Of a stretch of DNA of 64,000 bases, positions 46,865 to 54,983 are shown in pieces. Origin of the DNA: an uncultured Chloroflexia bacterium. Lineage in GTDB: Bacteria > Chloroflexota > Limnocylindria > Limnocylindrales > CSP1-4. The stretch is from NCBI GenBank assembly GCA_963734535.1, contig CAVTHS010000002.1, positions 160,001 to 224,000 on the forward strand. Reading direction: 5' to 3'. The notes below the pieces were generated by a model that had not been told where the DNA came from, did no database searches, and worked only from the letters and a program-made list of their open reading frames with translations. The position numbers and the translations under genes are program-made. Each line of letters starts with the position of its first letter. Within the stretch, counting starts at the first letter, position 1.

Positions 46865-48136
46865 GTGCGCCGGGTCATCGGGTTCGTCTTCCACAACTGG
46901 CCGCTCAAGCTCGCGGCGATCCTCCTCGCGACCCTCCTGTACGCGGGGTTGATCGTGTCGGCCAGCGCGGAGACATTCCAGGGGCGGATCCCGATCCAGG
47001 TCCTCAACCAGCCGGGCAACGCGTTCATCATCGGCAACCTCGACGATGTCACGGCCATTCGCTACCTGGCGATCGGGGCCAACCGGCCGACCGTCACCAC
47101 GGCCAGCTTCACCGCGACGATCGACCTCGCGAGCGTTCCCGTGGTCGCCGGCTCGCCACCGGTGAGCGTGCCCGTGATCCTCAGGACCACGGATCCGGCA
47201 AGCGTCCAGGTGATCGACTTCTCCCCGTCCCGGATCCAGGTCCGGCTCGATCCCCTGGCCAGCAAGACGGTCCCCGTGCAGGTCGATCGCGGATCCGTGC
47301 CCGAGGGCCTGGACGTGCGCGAGCCCGTCGTCTCGCAGGACAGCGTCACGGTCACCGGCCAGGAATCCTCGGTCGTGCTCGTCGCGGCGGCCGAGGCGCG
47401 CGTGAGGATCCAGCCGTCGGGGATCGACATCAACCAGGTCGTCGACCTGCTCGCGGTCGACGCGCGCGGCGACGTGGTCCCGACCGTCGAGCTGCAGCCC
47501 AGCTCGGTTCGGGTGACGATCCAGATCGGCAGCCAGCTCTCGACCCGGGCCCTGCCCGTCAACCCCGTCGTGTCCGGGATCCCGGACCCGGGCATGCTGG
47601 TCAGCGGGATCACCGCCGCCCCGCTGCTCGTGACGGTCGAGGCGGAGTCCGCGCTGCTCGCCACGCTCGTGAAGATCGACACGAAGCCGGTCTCGATCGC
47701 CGGGGCGACCACCGACGTCGTTGCCGACGCCGCGCTCGACCTGCCGCCTGGCGTCACCGCCCTCGGCGTCACGACCGTCCGCGTGACCGTGGCGATTCGC
47801 CCGCAGGTCGGCACGCGCTCCTTCCAGGTCGGCATCACCCTTGCGAATGCCGATCCCGCGACGCGCTACGATCTGGGCGCAGCCCAGGTCCTCGTCACGA
47901 TCGGCGGTCCGGTCGGGTCGCTCAATGCGCTCGACGGGGCCGCGCTCGTGGCGAGCATCGACGTGGCGGGCCTCGGCGCGGGGACGCATCCCCTCGTCCC
48001 CGTGGTGGCGGTCCCGGCCGCCCTGACCGTCGCGGCGATTTCGCCGCCGGAGGTTTCCGTGACCGTCACACCGCCCAGCTCGCCGTCGCCGTCACCCTCG
48101 CCGTCACCGGCGCCCAGCCCATCCGCGGCCCCGTGA
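46865..48136 (+). CDS. cdaR: CdaR/YbbR-repeat regulator of CdaA
   Basis: NWPLKLAAILLATLLY anchor, repeated beta-rich YbbR-like units (P..V.V, SKTVPVQV), Ser/Pro tail; between cdaA and glmM. Confidence 0.88.
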   Translation: MRRVIGFVFHNWPLKLAAILLATLLYAGLIVSASAETFQGRIPIQVLNQPGNAFIIGNLDDVTAIRYLAIGANRPTVTTASFTATIDLASVPVVAGSPPVSVPVILRTTDPASVQVIDFSPSRIQVRLDPLASKTVPVQVDRGSVPEGLDVREPVVSQDSVTVTGQESSVVLVAAAEARVRIQPSGIDINQVVDLLAVDARGDVVPTVELQPSSVRVTIQIGSQLSTRALPVNPVVSGIPDPGMLVSGITAAPLLVTVEAESALLATLVKIDTKPVSIAGATTDVVADAALDLPPGVTALGVTTVRVTVAIRPQVGTRSFQVGITLANADPATRYDLGAAQVLVTIGGPVGSLNALDGAALVASIDVAGLGAGTHPLVPVVAVPAALTVAAISPPEVSVTVTPPSSPSPSPSPSPAPSPSAAP

Positions 48137-48138
48137 CG

Positions 48139-49471
48139 ATGGGTCGACTCTTCGGGACCGATGGCATCCGCGGCGTCGCCAACGTCGACCTCCGGCCGAC
48201 GATCGCGTACGCGCTGGGAAGGGCGACTGCCCACGAGCTCGTGGGTGCGGGCGGGAGCCTCGTCGTGGGCCGCGACACCCGGCGGTCCGGGCAGATGTTC
48301 GTGGCTGCCATCGCGGCCGGCGCGGCCAGCCTCGGCGCCGACGTCCATGACGCGGACGTGCTCCCGACGCCGGCCCTCGCGTTCCTGGCGGGGACGAGGT
48401 CCTTCGCCGCCGGGATCATGGTCTCGGCGTCCCACAACCCGGCCGACGACAACGGGCTCAAGGTGCTCGACGGCCGCGGCCTCAAGCTCGACGACGCGGT
48501 GGAGGACCGGCTCGAGCAGCTCATCTGGCGAACCGAGGAGCTCGCCGGGCCGCGAAACGGTGGGATCGGGCGCATGGTCCACGACGCCTCCCTGGTCGAC
48601 CGCGTATCGGGCCGATCGGCTGAACCTCGCCCGGGCGACGCCGTGCCGCCTGCGCATCGTGCTCGACTGCGCGCACGGCTCCGGCGGCGTCACCGCCCCG
48701 GAGCTGCTGGCGGCGACCGGGGCCAGCGTGGAGGTGATCCACAACGACCCGGACGGAGAGAACATCAACGTCGGCTGCGGTGCCACCGCGCCAGCCGACC
48801 TCGCCGGGCAGGTGATCGCCCGCGGCGCGGACCTGGGCTTCGCGCTCGACGGCGACGCCGATCGCCTCGTCGTCGTCGACCGGCACGGCCGGGTCGTCGA
48901 CGGGGACCAGCTGCTGGGCCTCTGCGCGCTCGACCGGCTGGGCCGGGGCGCGCTCACCGGCGGGATCCTCGTCGTCACCGTCCTCTCGAACGGCGGCCTC
49001 GAGATGGCCCTCGGCGCCCGGGGCGGGCAGGTCGTCCGGACGCCGGTCGGCGACAAGTACATCCTCGACGGGATGCAGGTGACGGGGGCGAACCTCGGCG
49101 GCGAGAAGAGCGGCCACGTGATCGTCCTCGACCACGCGTCGACGGGCGACGGGCTGGTCACCGCGCTCGAGGTCCTCGGCATCGTGGGCCGGACCGGCCG
49201 ACCGATCGACGAGCTGGCGGCCGAGGTGCCGCTGTTCCCGCAGGAGCAGCGCGCGATCCACGTCCGTCACAAGGAGCAGTGGGAGGCGGACCCGGAGCTG
49301 CACCGGGCGATTGCCGCCGCGGAGGTCCGGCTGTCGACCGGCGGGAGGGTCCTCGTGCGTCCCTCGGGCACGGAATCGGCGCTCCGCGTGATGGTGGAGG
49401 GCCAGGACCACGAGCTGGTCGGCCGGCTCGCCGACGAGCTCGCGGCGTTGGCGGGCGACCGCCTAAACTAG
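48139..49471 (+). CDS. glmM: Phosphoglucosamine mutase (frameshift near 48604)
   Basis: MGRLFGTDGIRG, SASHNP, DGDADR, GGEKSGH, RPSGTE. Confidence 0.95.
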
Positions 49472-49519
49472 CCCGGCGGCCATCGAGGCCCGGTTGGCGC
49501 AACGGAGGCACTCGACGGC

Positions 49520-51349
49520 ATGTGCGGCATCGTCGGTTACACGGGCCCGCGGGCGGCCGGCCCGATCCTCCTCGAGGGGCTTCGGCGCCTGGAGTATCGC
49601 GGCTACGATTCGGCCGGGATCGCGCTGGTCACCGAGTCCGGCGAGCTCTTCGTCGAGAAGCGGGCCGGCAAGCTCGCGAACCTGCGCACGGCGCTCCTCG
49701 ACCGGACGCCGAACGCGGGGATCGGCCTCGCGCACACGCGGTGGGCCACGCACGGGCGCCCGAACGACCTCAATGCCCACCCGCACGTGGACTGCACCGG
49801 CGCGATCACCGTCATCCACAACGGGATCATCGAGAACTTCCGCGAGCTTCGAGACGGCCTGGAGGCCCGGGGTCACGTGCTCAGCTCCGAGACCGACACG
49901 GAGGCGCTGGCGCACCTCGTGGAGGAGGCCTACGCCGGCGACCTCGCGGATGCCGTGCGGGCCGCGCTCGCCCGCGTCGAGGGCGCCTACGCCGTGGCCG
50001 TCATGCACCGGGGCGAGCCGGATCGCCTCGTCGGGGCGCGCCAGAACGTGCCGCTGGTGGTGGGCATCGGGGATGGGGAGGCCTTCATCGCGTCCGACGT
50101 GGCGGCGATCCTCGCCCACACGAACCGGGTGGTCTTCCTCGAGGAGGGCGACGTCGTCGACCTGCGACCGACGCGGGCCATCATCACGGGTGTCGACGGG
50201 TCGCCCCGCGAGCGGCTCGTGACCCGGGTGGACTGGACCCCGGAGGCCGCCGAGAAGGGTGGCTTCGATCACTTCATGCTCAAGGAGATCCACGAGCAGC
50301 CGCAGGCGCTCCGCCAGTGCCTGGCCGGCCGGCTGGGCCCGGACCTGACCATCCGCACCGACGAGCTGGCCGGCATGGCGACGGCGCTCGCCGCCGTGGA
50401 CCGCGTGGAGTTCGTCGCCTGCGGCAGCGCGTCCTACGCCGCCCTCGTCGGCGCCGCCGCGGTCCAGGACTGGACTGGCCTCCCGGCCCGCGTGACCGTG
50501 GGCTCCGAGTTTCGCTACAGCCCGCCGCCGCTCGACGGCCGCACGCTCGTCATCGCCGTCACGCAGTCCGGGGAGACGGCCGACACGATCGCGCCCACCC
50601 GGTTCGCCCGCGAGCAGGGCTGCCCGATCATCGCCGTGACGAACACGGTCGGGTCCGCGATCACCCGCGAGGCGGGCGCGGTCCTCTTCCTGCAGGCAGG
50701 CCCGGAGGTCGCGGTCGCCGCGTCGAAGACGTTCACGACCCAGGTCCTGACCCTCGTCCTCGTCGCGGCGCAGATCGCGCGGCTGCGTGGGACGCTGGAC
50801 CGGGAGGTCGAGGCGGCACTCGTCCGCGAGCTGCGCGCGCTCCCGGAAGCGGCCCAGCGGGCCCTCGACGCGGCCGGCGGGATCGCCCCCATCGCCCGGC
50901 GGTACGTCAACTCCCGCGGTTTCATGTTCGTGGGACGCGGCTACACCTACCCGACCGCCATGGAGGGTGCCCTCAAGCTCAAGGAGGTCAGCTACCTGCA
51001 CGCCGAGGGCTATGCCGCCGGCGAGCTGAAGCATGGCCCGATCAGCCTGCTCGACGCGGAGTGCCCGCTGGTGGCGGTCGCGACGCGTTCCACGGTGTAC
51101 GAGAAGCTGGTCAGCAACATCATGGAGGGCCGGGCCCGCGACGCCCGCGTGATCGCGGTCGCGACCGAGGGCGACGACCAGATCGAGCGCTTCGCAGACG
51201 ACATCATGTGGGTTCCGCCGACCCACGAGGCGCTCGGGCCGATCCTCGCCATCATCCCCCTCCAGCTGTTCGCGTACCACGCCGCGGTTGCCCGCGGGAC
51301 CGACGTGGACCAGCCTCGCAACCTCGCGAAGTCGGTCACGGTCGAGTAG
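49520..51349 (+). CDS. glmS: Glutamine--fructose-6-phosphate aminotransferase
   Basis: MCGIVG, HTRWATHG, QSGETADT, PRNLAKSVTVE. Confidence 0.98.
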   Translation: MCGIVGYTGPRAAGPILLEGLRRLEYRGYDSAGIALVTESGELFVEKRAGKLANLRTALLDRTPNAGIGLAHTRWATHGRPNDLNAHPHVDCTGAITVIHNGIIENFRELRDGLEARGHVLSSETDTEALAHLVEEAYAGDLADAVRAALARVEGAYAVAVMHRGEPDRLVGARQNVPLVVGIGDGEAFIASDVAAILAHTNRVVFLEEGDVVDLRPTRAIITGVDGSPRERLVTRVDWTPEAAEKGGFDHFMLKEIHEQPQALRQCLAGRLGPDLTIRTDELAGMATALAAVDRVEFVACGSASYAALVGAAAVQDWTGLPARVTVGSEFRYSPPPLDGRTLVIAVTQSGETADTIAPTRFAREQGCPIIAVTNTVGSAITREAGAVLFLQAGPEVAVAASKTFTTQVLTLVLVAAQIARLRGTLDREVEAALVRELRALPEAAQRALDAAGGIAPIARRYVNSRGFMFVGRGYTYPTAMEGALKLKEVSYLHAEGYAAGELKHGPISLLDAECPLVAVATRSTVYEKLVSNIMEGRARDARVIAVATEGDDQIERFADDIMWVPPTHEALGPILAIIPLQLFAYHAAVARGTDVDQPRNLAKSVTVE

Positions 51350-51352
51350 CGC

Positions 51353-51901
51353 GTGGCCACGCCGGACCCGCGGGTCCCGGACGCGACGCCGGAGCTCGGG
51401 CTCGACATCATCCGCGTCGAGCGAATCCGCGAGGCGCTGACGCGCTTCGGCGACCGATTCGTCCGGCGCGTGCTCACACCGCGGGAGGCGGCGTATGTTC
51501 GTGCGCGTCCCGAGACGTTCGCAGGCCGGTGGGCGGCCAAGGAGGCAGTGAGCAAGGTGCTCGGGCTCGGCGTGCGCGGGATCGGCTGGAGGGACATCGA
51601 GATCGAGCGGATGCCGACCGGCCAGCCCGCAGTCCGGCTCCACGGGCGAGCCGCCGCCCGGGCCGACCAGCTGGGGCTGGCGCGGATCGCCGTCAGCATC
51701 ACCCACGAGCGCGAGTACGCCCTGGCCGTCGCGTTCGGCGTGCGCACCACCGGTGGCCGCTATGTCTTCCCGCTCGACATCGAGGAGCGGCTGGGCGACC
51801 GCGAGGCGGCGCTGCTCCGCCGGATGGAGCGCATCCGCGGGCTCGGCCGCGAAGCGGCGGCACTGACGGCTGCCGCCGAGGAGCCCGGTCATGACGGCTG
51901 A
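51353..51901 (+). CDS. acpS: Holo-ACP synthase with C-terminal extension
   Basis: GLDII, AGRWAAKEAVSK, SITHE. Confidence 0.92.
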   Translation: MATPDPRVPDATPELGLDIIRVERIREALTRFGDRFVRRVLTPREAAYVRARPETFAGRWAAKEAVSKVLGLGVRGIGWRDIEIERMPTGQPAVRLHGRAAARADQLGLARIAVSITHEREYALAVAFGVRTTGGRYVFPLDIEERLGDREAALLRRMERIRGLGREAAALTAAAEEPGHDG

Positions 51902-52895
51902 GCGTCCCGATCCGGCCGGGGTCGAGCGGCCGGCCGAGCGCCTGGACGACCGGAGCGCCGGGCTCCTGCTTCCCGGGCGGCCGGTCCGCGGCCACAAGGG
52001 CACGTTCGGGAAGCTGCTCGTGGTGGCGGGGTCGCTCGACTACGCGGGCGCCGCCCTCCTGGTCTGCCAGGCGGCCGGCCGGGCCGGAGCGGGTCTCGTC
52101 ACCCTCGCGGTCCCGGAGTCGCTCCAGCCGCTCTTCGCGGCGAAGGTCGTGGAGGCCACGACGCTGGCACTTGCCGAGGACGATGTCGAGGAGGTGGACC
52201 CGGAGCCCGCCCTGGCGCGAATCCTCGACCACGAGCACGACGCGCTCGTGGTGGGACCCGGGCTGCGGCCGTCCCTCGCGTCGGCTGCGCTGATCCGCGG
52301 CATCCTCGCGGCCGGCACCGGCGACGACGCCGGCCCCGCGGTCGTCGACGCGGAGGCGCTCCGATCGCTTGCCGCCGAGGACGGCTGGTGGGAGGGCGTG
52401 GTCCGGCCGTGCGTGCTGACCCCCCACGCCGGGGAGTTCCGCCGCCTGCGGGCCGCCGCGGGTGTCGCGGCGGAGGCCGACGGGGACCTCGTGGGGGACG
52501 ACGCGGCCCGGCTCGCGGCCGCCCGCGACGCGGCCGGCGCGTGGGGCCAGGTCGTGGTGCTCAAGGGGGCGCACACCGTGGTCGCGGCTCCCGACGGGTC
52601 CGCGGCCGTGGCGCCATTCGAGAACCCGGCGCTCGCCACGGGAGGGACCGGAGACGTCCTGGCGGGCACCATCGGCGGCCTGCTTGCCCAGGGCCTCCGT
52701 CCGTACGCGGCCGCGCGCCTGGGCGTCCACCTGCACGGGATGGCGGGCGAGGCGGTGCGGCATCGCATGGGCGACGCCGGCCTGCTGGCGGGCGATCTGC
52801 CCGTCGAGATCGCTCGGGCACGCCACCGGCTCGCGGTCGATGCCGCGCGTCGGGCGGGCGGCGCCACGCTCGGGTTCGGGACGCCCGCCGGATGA
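51891..52895 (+). CDS. nnrD: ADP-dependent NAD(P)H-hydrate dehydratase (stand-alone YjeF C domain)
   Basis: HKGTFG..AGS..YAGAA, GPGL, VVDAEAL, LTPHAGEF, LKG, LATGGTGDVLAG. Confidence 0.93.
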   Translation: MTAERPDPAGVERPAERLDDRSAGLLLPGRPVRGHKGTFGKLLVVAGSLDYAGAALLVCQAAGRAGAGLVTLAVPESLQPLFAAKVVEATTLALAEDDVEEVDPEPALARILDHEHDALVVGPGLRPSLASAALIRGILAAGTGDDAGPAVVDAEALRSLAAEDGWWEGVVRPCVLTPHAGEFRRLRAAAGVAAEADGDLVGDDAARLAAARDAAGAWGQVVVLKGAHTVVAAPDGSAAVAPFENPALATGGTGDVLAGTIGGLLAQGLRPYAAARLGVHLHGMAGEAVRHRMGDAGLLAGDLPVEIARARHRLAVDAARRAGGATLGFGTPAG

Positions 52896-54226
52896 TCGGC
52901 GAGGCGTTGCCGATCGAGGCGCGCCTCCGGGCCGCCGGGCTGCCGCCCCTCCCGCGAACGGCGTGGCTGGAGATCGACCTGGACCGGCTCGCGGGGAACG
53001 TCCGGGCGATCGTGGCCGCGCTCCCGGCGGGCACGCTCGTCGAGGCCGTGGTCAAGGCCAACGCATACGGCCACGGTGCCGTCCCGGTCGCCCATGCCGC
53101 GCTGGGGGCCGGGGCGCGCGGCCTCTGCGTGGCGACGCTCGACGAGGCGCTTGCGCTCCGCGGCGCCGGGATCCCGGCCCCGATCCTCGTCCTCTTCCCG
53201 GTCCCGCCGGACGGCGTCGCGGAGGCTGCCCGGGCGGGGATCGCGCTGGCAGCCGGCGACAGCGTGATCTGGGCGCGCGGCCTGGCGGCCTACGCCCGCG
53301 CGCGTCGTCGCGCCCGCGGGCGGCTCGGCGAGCTCGCCGTCCACGTGGGGATCGAGACCGGCCTCGGGCGCGATGGGCTGGCGCCGGACGAGGCGGTGGC
53401 GGCGGTGCGGGCGTTGGCGGCGGTTCCCGGGACGCACTTCGACGGGGCGTGGTCCCATCTCCAGTCGCCCGAGGACGCGGGCAGGACCGCACGCCAGGTC
53501 GCGCGCTTCGAGGTCGCCCTCGACGCCCTGGTCGCGGCCGGGCTGCCTGCCCCGCACCGCCACCTGCTGGCATCGGGTGGCCTGCTCGCCGTGGAGCGGT
53601 ACGTCGGCGGCGAGCGGCCACTCTTCGATGGCCTGCGGGTGGGCCTGGCGCTCTACGGGATCGCGCCGGAGGGGCTCCCGGTCGGCCTGCCGGCGGCCGG
53701 CATCCACGCGGCGCTGCGGCCGGTCCTCTCGCTGCACGCCCGGCCGGTTCGCGTGACGGACCTGCCCACCGGCGAGGGCGTCGGGTATGGCCCGAGCTTC
53801 GTCACGGCCCGCGTCAGCCGGATCGCGACGCTCCCGGTGGGGTATGCGGACGGCTGGGCCCGGGGGCTTGGGAATCGCGCCTTCGCGCTCGTGCGTGGCG
53901 GCCGGGTCCCGCTGGTGGGGACCGTCGCGATGGACGCGGTGATGGCAGATGTCACCGACGTGCCCGGGCCGCCCGTCACGCCGGACGACGAGTTCGTGCT
54001 CCTGGGCGAGCAGGGCGCCGCCCGGATCACCGCCGCGGAGCTGGCGCGGGAACGCACCACGATCAGCTGGGAGGTGGTCGCCGCGATGTCTGCGCGCCTG
54101 CCTCGGGTGTACACTGCGCCGGCCGCGACGGTCGGCATCTGCACGCTCACACAGGACCGGGGGCCATGGCGGAGATCGCGCTCTGGAACGGCGACATCTG
54201 TGACCTCGAGGTGGACGCGATCGTGA
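52892..54226 (+). CDS. alr: Alanine racemase
   Basis: AVVKANAYGHG (PLP lysine), GVGYG, LPVGYADG, VGTVAMD, TISWE. Confidence 0.95.
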   Translation: MIGEALPIEARLRAAGLPPLPRTAWLEIDLDRLAGNVRAIVAALPAGTLVEAVVKANAYGHGAVPVAHAALGAGARGLCVATLDEALALRGAGIPAPILVLFPVPPDGVAEAARAGIALAAGDSVIWARGLAAYARARRRARGRLGELAVHVGIETGLGRDGLAPDEAVAAVRALAAVPGTHFDGAWSHLQSPEDAGRTARQVARFEVALDALVAAGLPAPHRHLLASGGLLAVERYVGGERPLFDGLRVGLALYGIAPEGLPVGLPAAGIHAALRPVLSLHARPVRVTDLPTGEGVGYGPSFVTARVSRIATLPVGYADGWARGLGNRAFALVRGGRVPLVGTVAMDAVMADVTDVPGPPVTPDDEFVLLGEQGAARITAAELARERTTISWEVVAAMSARLPRVYTAPAATVGICTLTQDRGPWRRSRSGTATSVTSRWTRS

Positions 54227-54696
54227 GCCCGGCGAGCACCAGCATGTGGATGGCGACCGGGGTCGCCGGCGCGATCAAGCGCAAGGGCGGCGAGGCGATC
54301 GAGTTCGCGGCCGTTCGCCAGGGTCCAGCCGGCCTTGGCGACGCGATCGTGACCGGCGGCGGGTCGCTTGCCGCGCGCTGGGTGATCCACGCGGTCTCGA
54401 TCGACCATGCGCGCCGCACCGACTCCGCCACCATCGACCGCGCCGTCCGCAACGCGTTCGCGCGCGCTCGCGAGCTGGGCGTGGAGACGCTCGCGATCCC
54501 CGCGCTCGGGACCGGCGTGGGGGGCTTCCCGATCGCCGAGGCCGCCCGCGTGACGGTCGCGGCGGTCCGCTCGGAGCTGGCGCACTCGCCCCGCGTGACC
54601 CGCGTGACCCTGGCCCTCCGCGGTGCGGCCGCCTACGAGGCATTCCGCCTCGCCCTCGCGGCGGCGACCGTTCCGCGGGCCGGGGTGTCCGCGTGA
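54166..54696 (+). CDS. Macro domain (ADP-ribose-binding) protein
   Basis: GDICDLEVDAIVSPAS..GVAGAIKRKGG, G.AIVT.GG.L.ARWVIHAV, AIPALGTGVGGFP. Confidence 0.9.
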   Translation: MAEIALWNGDICDLEVDAIVSPASTSMWMATGVAGAIKRKGGEAIEFAAVRQGPAGLGDAIVTGGGSLAARWVIHAVSIDHARRTDSATIDRAVRNAFARARELGVETLAIPALGTGVGGFPIAEAARVTVAAVRSELAHSPRVTRVTLALRGAAAYEAFRLALAAATVPRAGVSA

Positions 54697-54983
54697 CGCT
54701 CCCCTTTCTGCCGGGAGACGAACAGCGCGCTGCTCTCGTGGAAGAGGTCGCGCGCGAGATCCAGCTGCGGGGGATGACGGGTCCGGCCGTGTTGTTCCTC
54801 CACGCGAGCATGCCGGATGGCGGGCTGGCCGGAAGCGCGATGACATTCTTCGACCCGCTCCTGCGCCAGCTGTTCGGGGGCGGAAACGCGCCCGTCAGCG
54901 CGCTGCTGGCGGACGAGGTCGGGATCGAGCAGCTGATCGACCGGCTCGAGGAGCTCGACGAGGAGTCGGTCTGGGACGCGTGA
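54693..54983 (+). CDS. Uncharacterised 96-aa helical protein
   Basis: GTG start overlapping the macro stop (GTGA); MTLPFLPGDEQRAALVEEVAREIQLRGMTGPAVLFLHASMP...IEQLIDRLEELDEE; GC3-rich codons. Confidence 0.75.
   Translation: MTLPFLPGDEQRAALVEEVAREIQLRGMTGPAVLFLHASMPDGGLAGSAMTFFDPLLRQLFGGGNAPVSALLADEVGIEQLIDRLEELDEESVWDA

Noticed and set aside
48070-48133. Ser-Pro tandem repeat (TCGCCG units) at the end of cdaR
   Set aside because: An ordinary low-complexity extracytoplasmic tail, not an independent repeat element.
44756-48136. Single 1126-aa TPR-CdaA-CdaR triple fusion
   Set aside because: The TPR C-terminus lies in another frame ending at 45767, the linker is low-complexity, and a promoter-like motif precedes the cdaA ATG; most likely an indel artefact.
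45703-51894. 2063-aa plus-strand ORF
   Set aside because: Arg/Gly/Pro-rich off-frame read-through; only the glmM N-terminal segment (48139 to about 48604) is real coding sequence.
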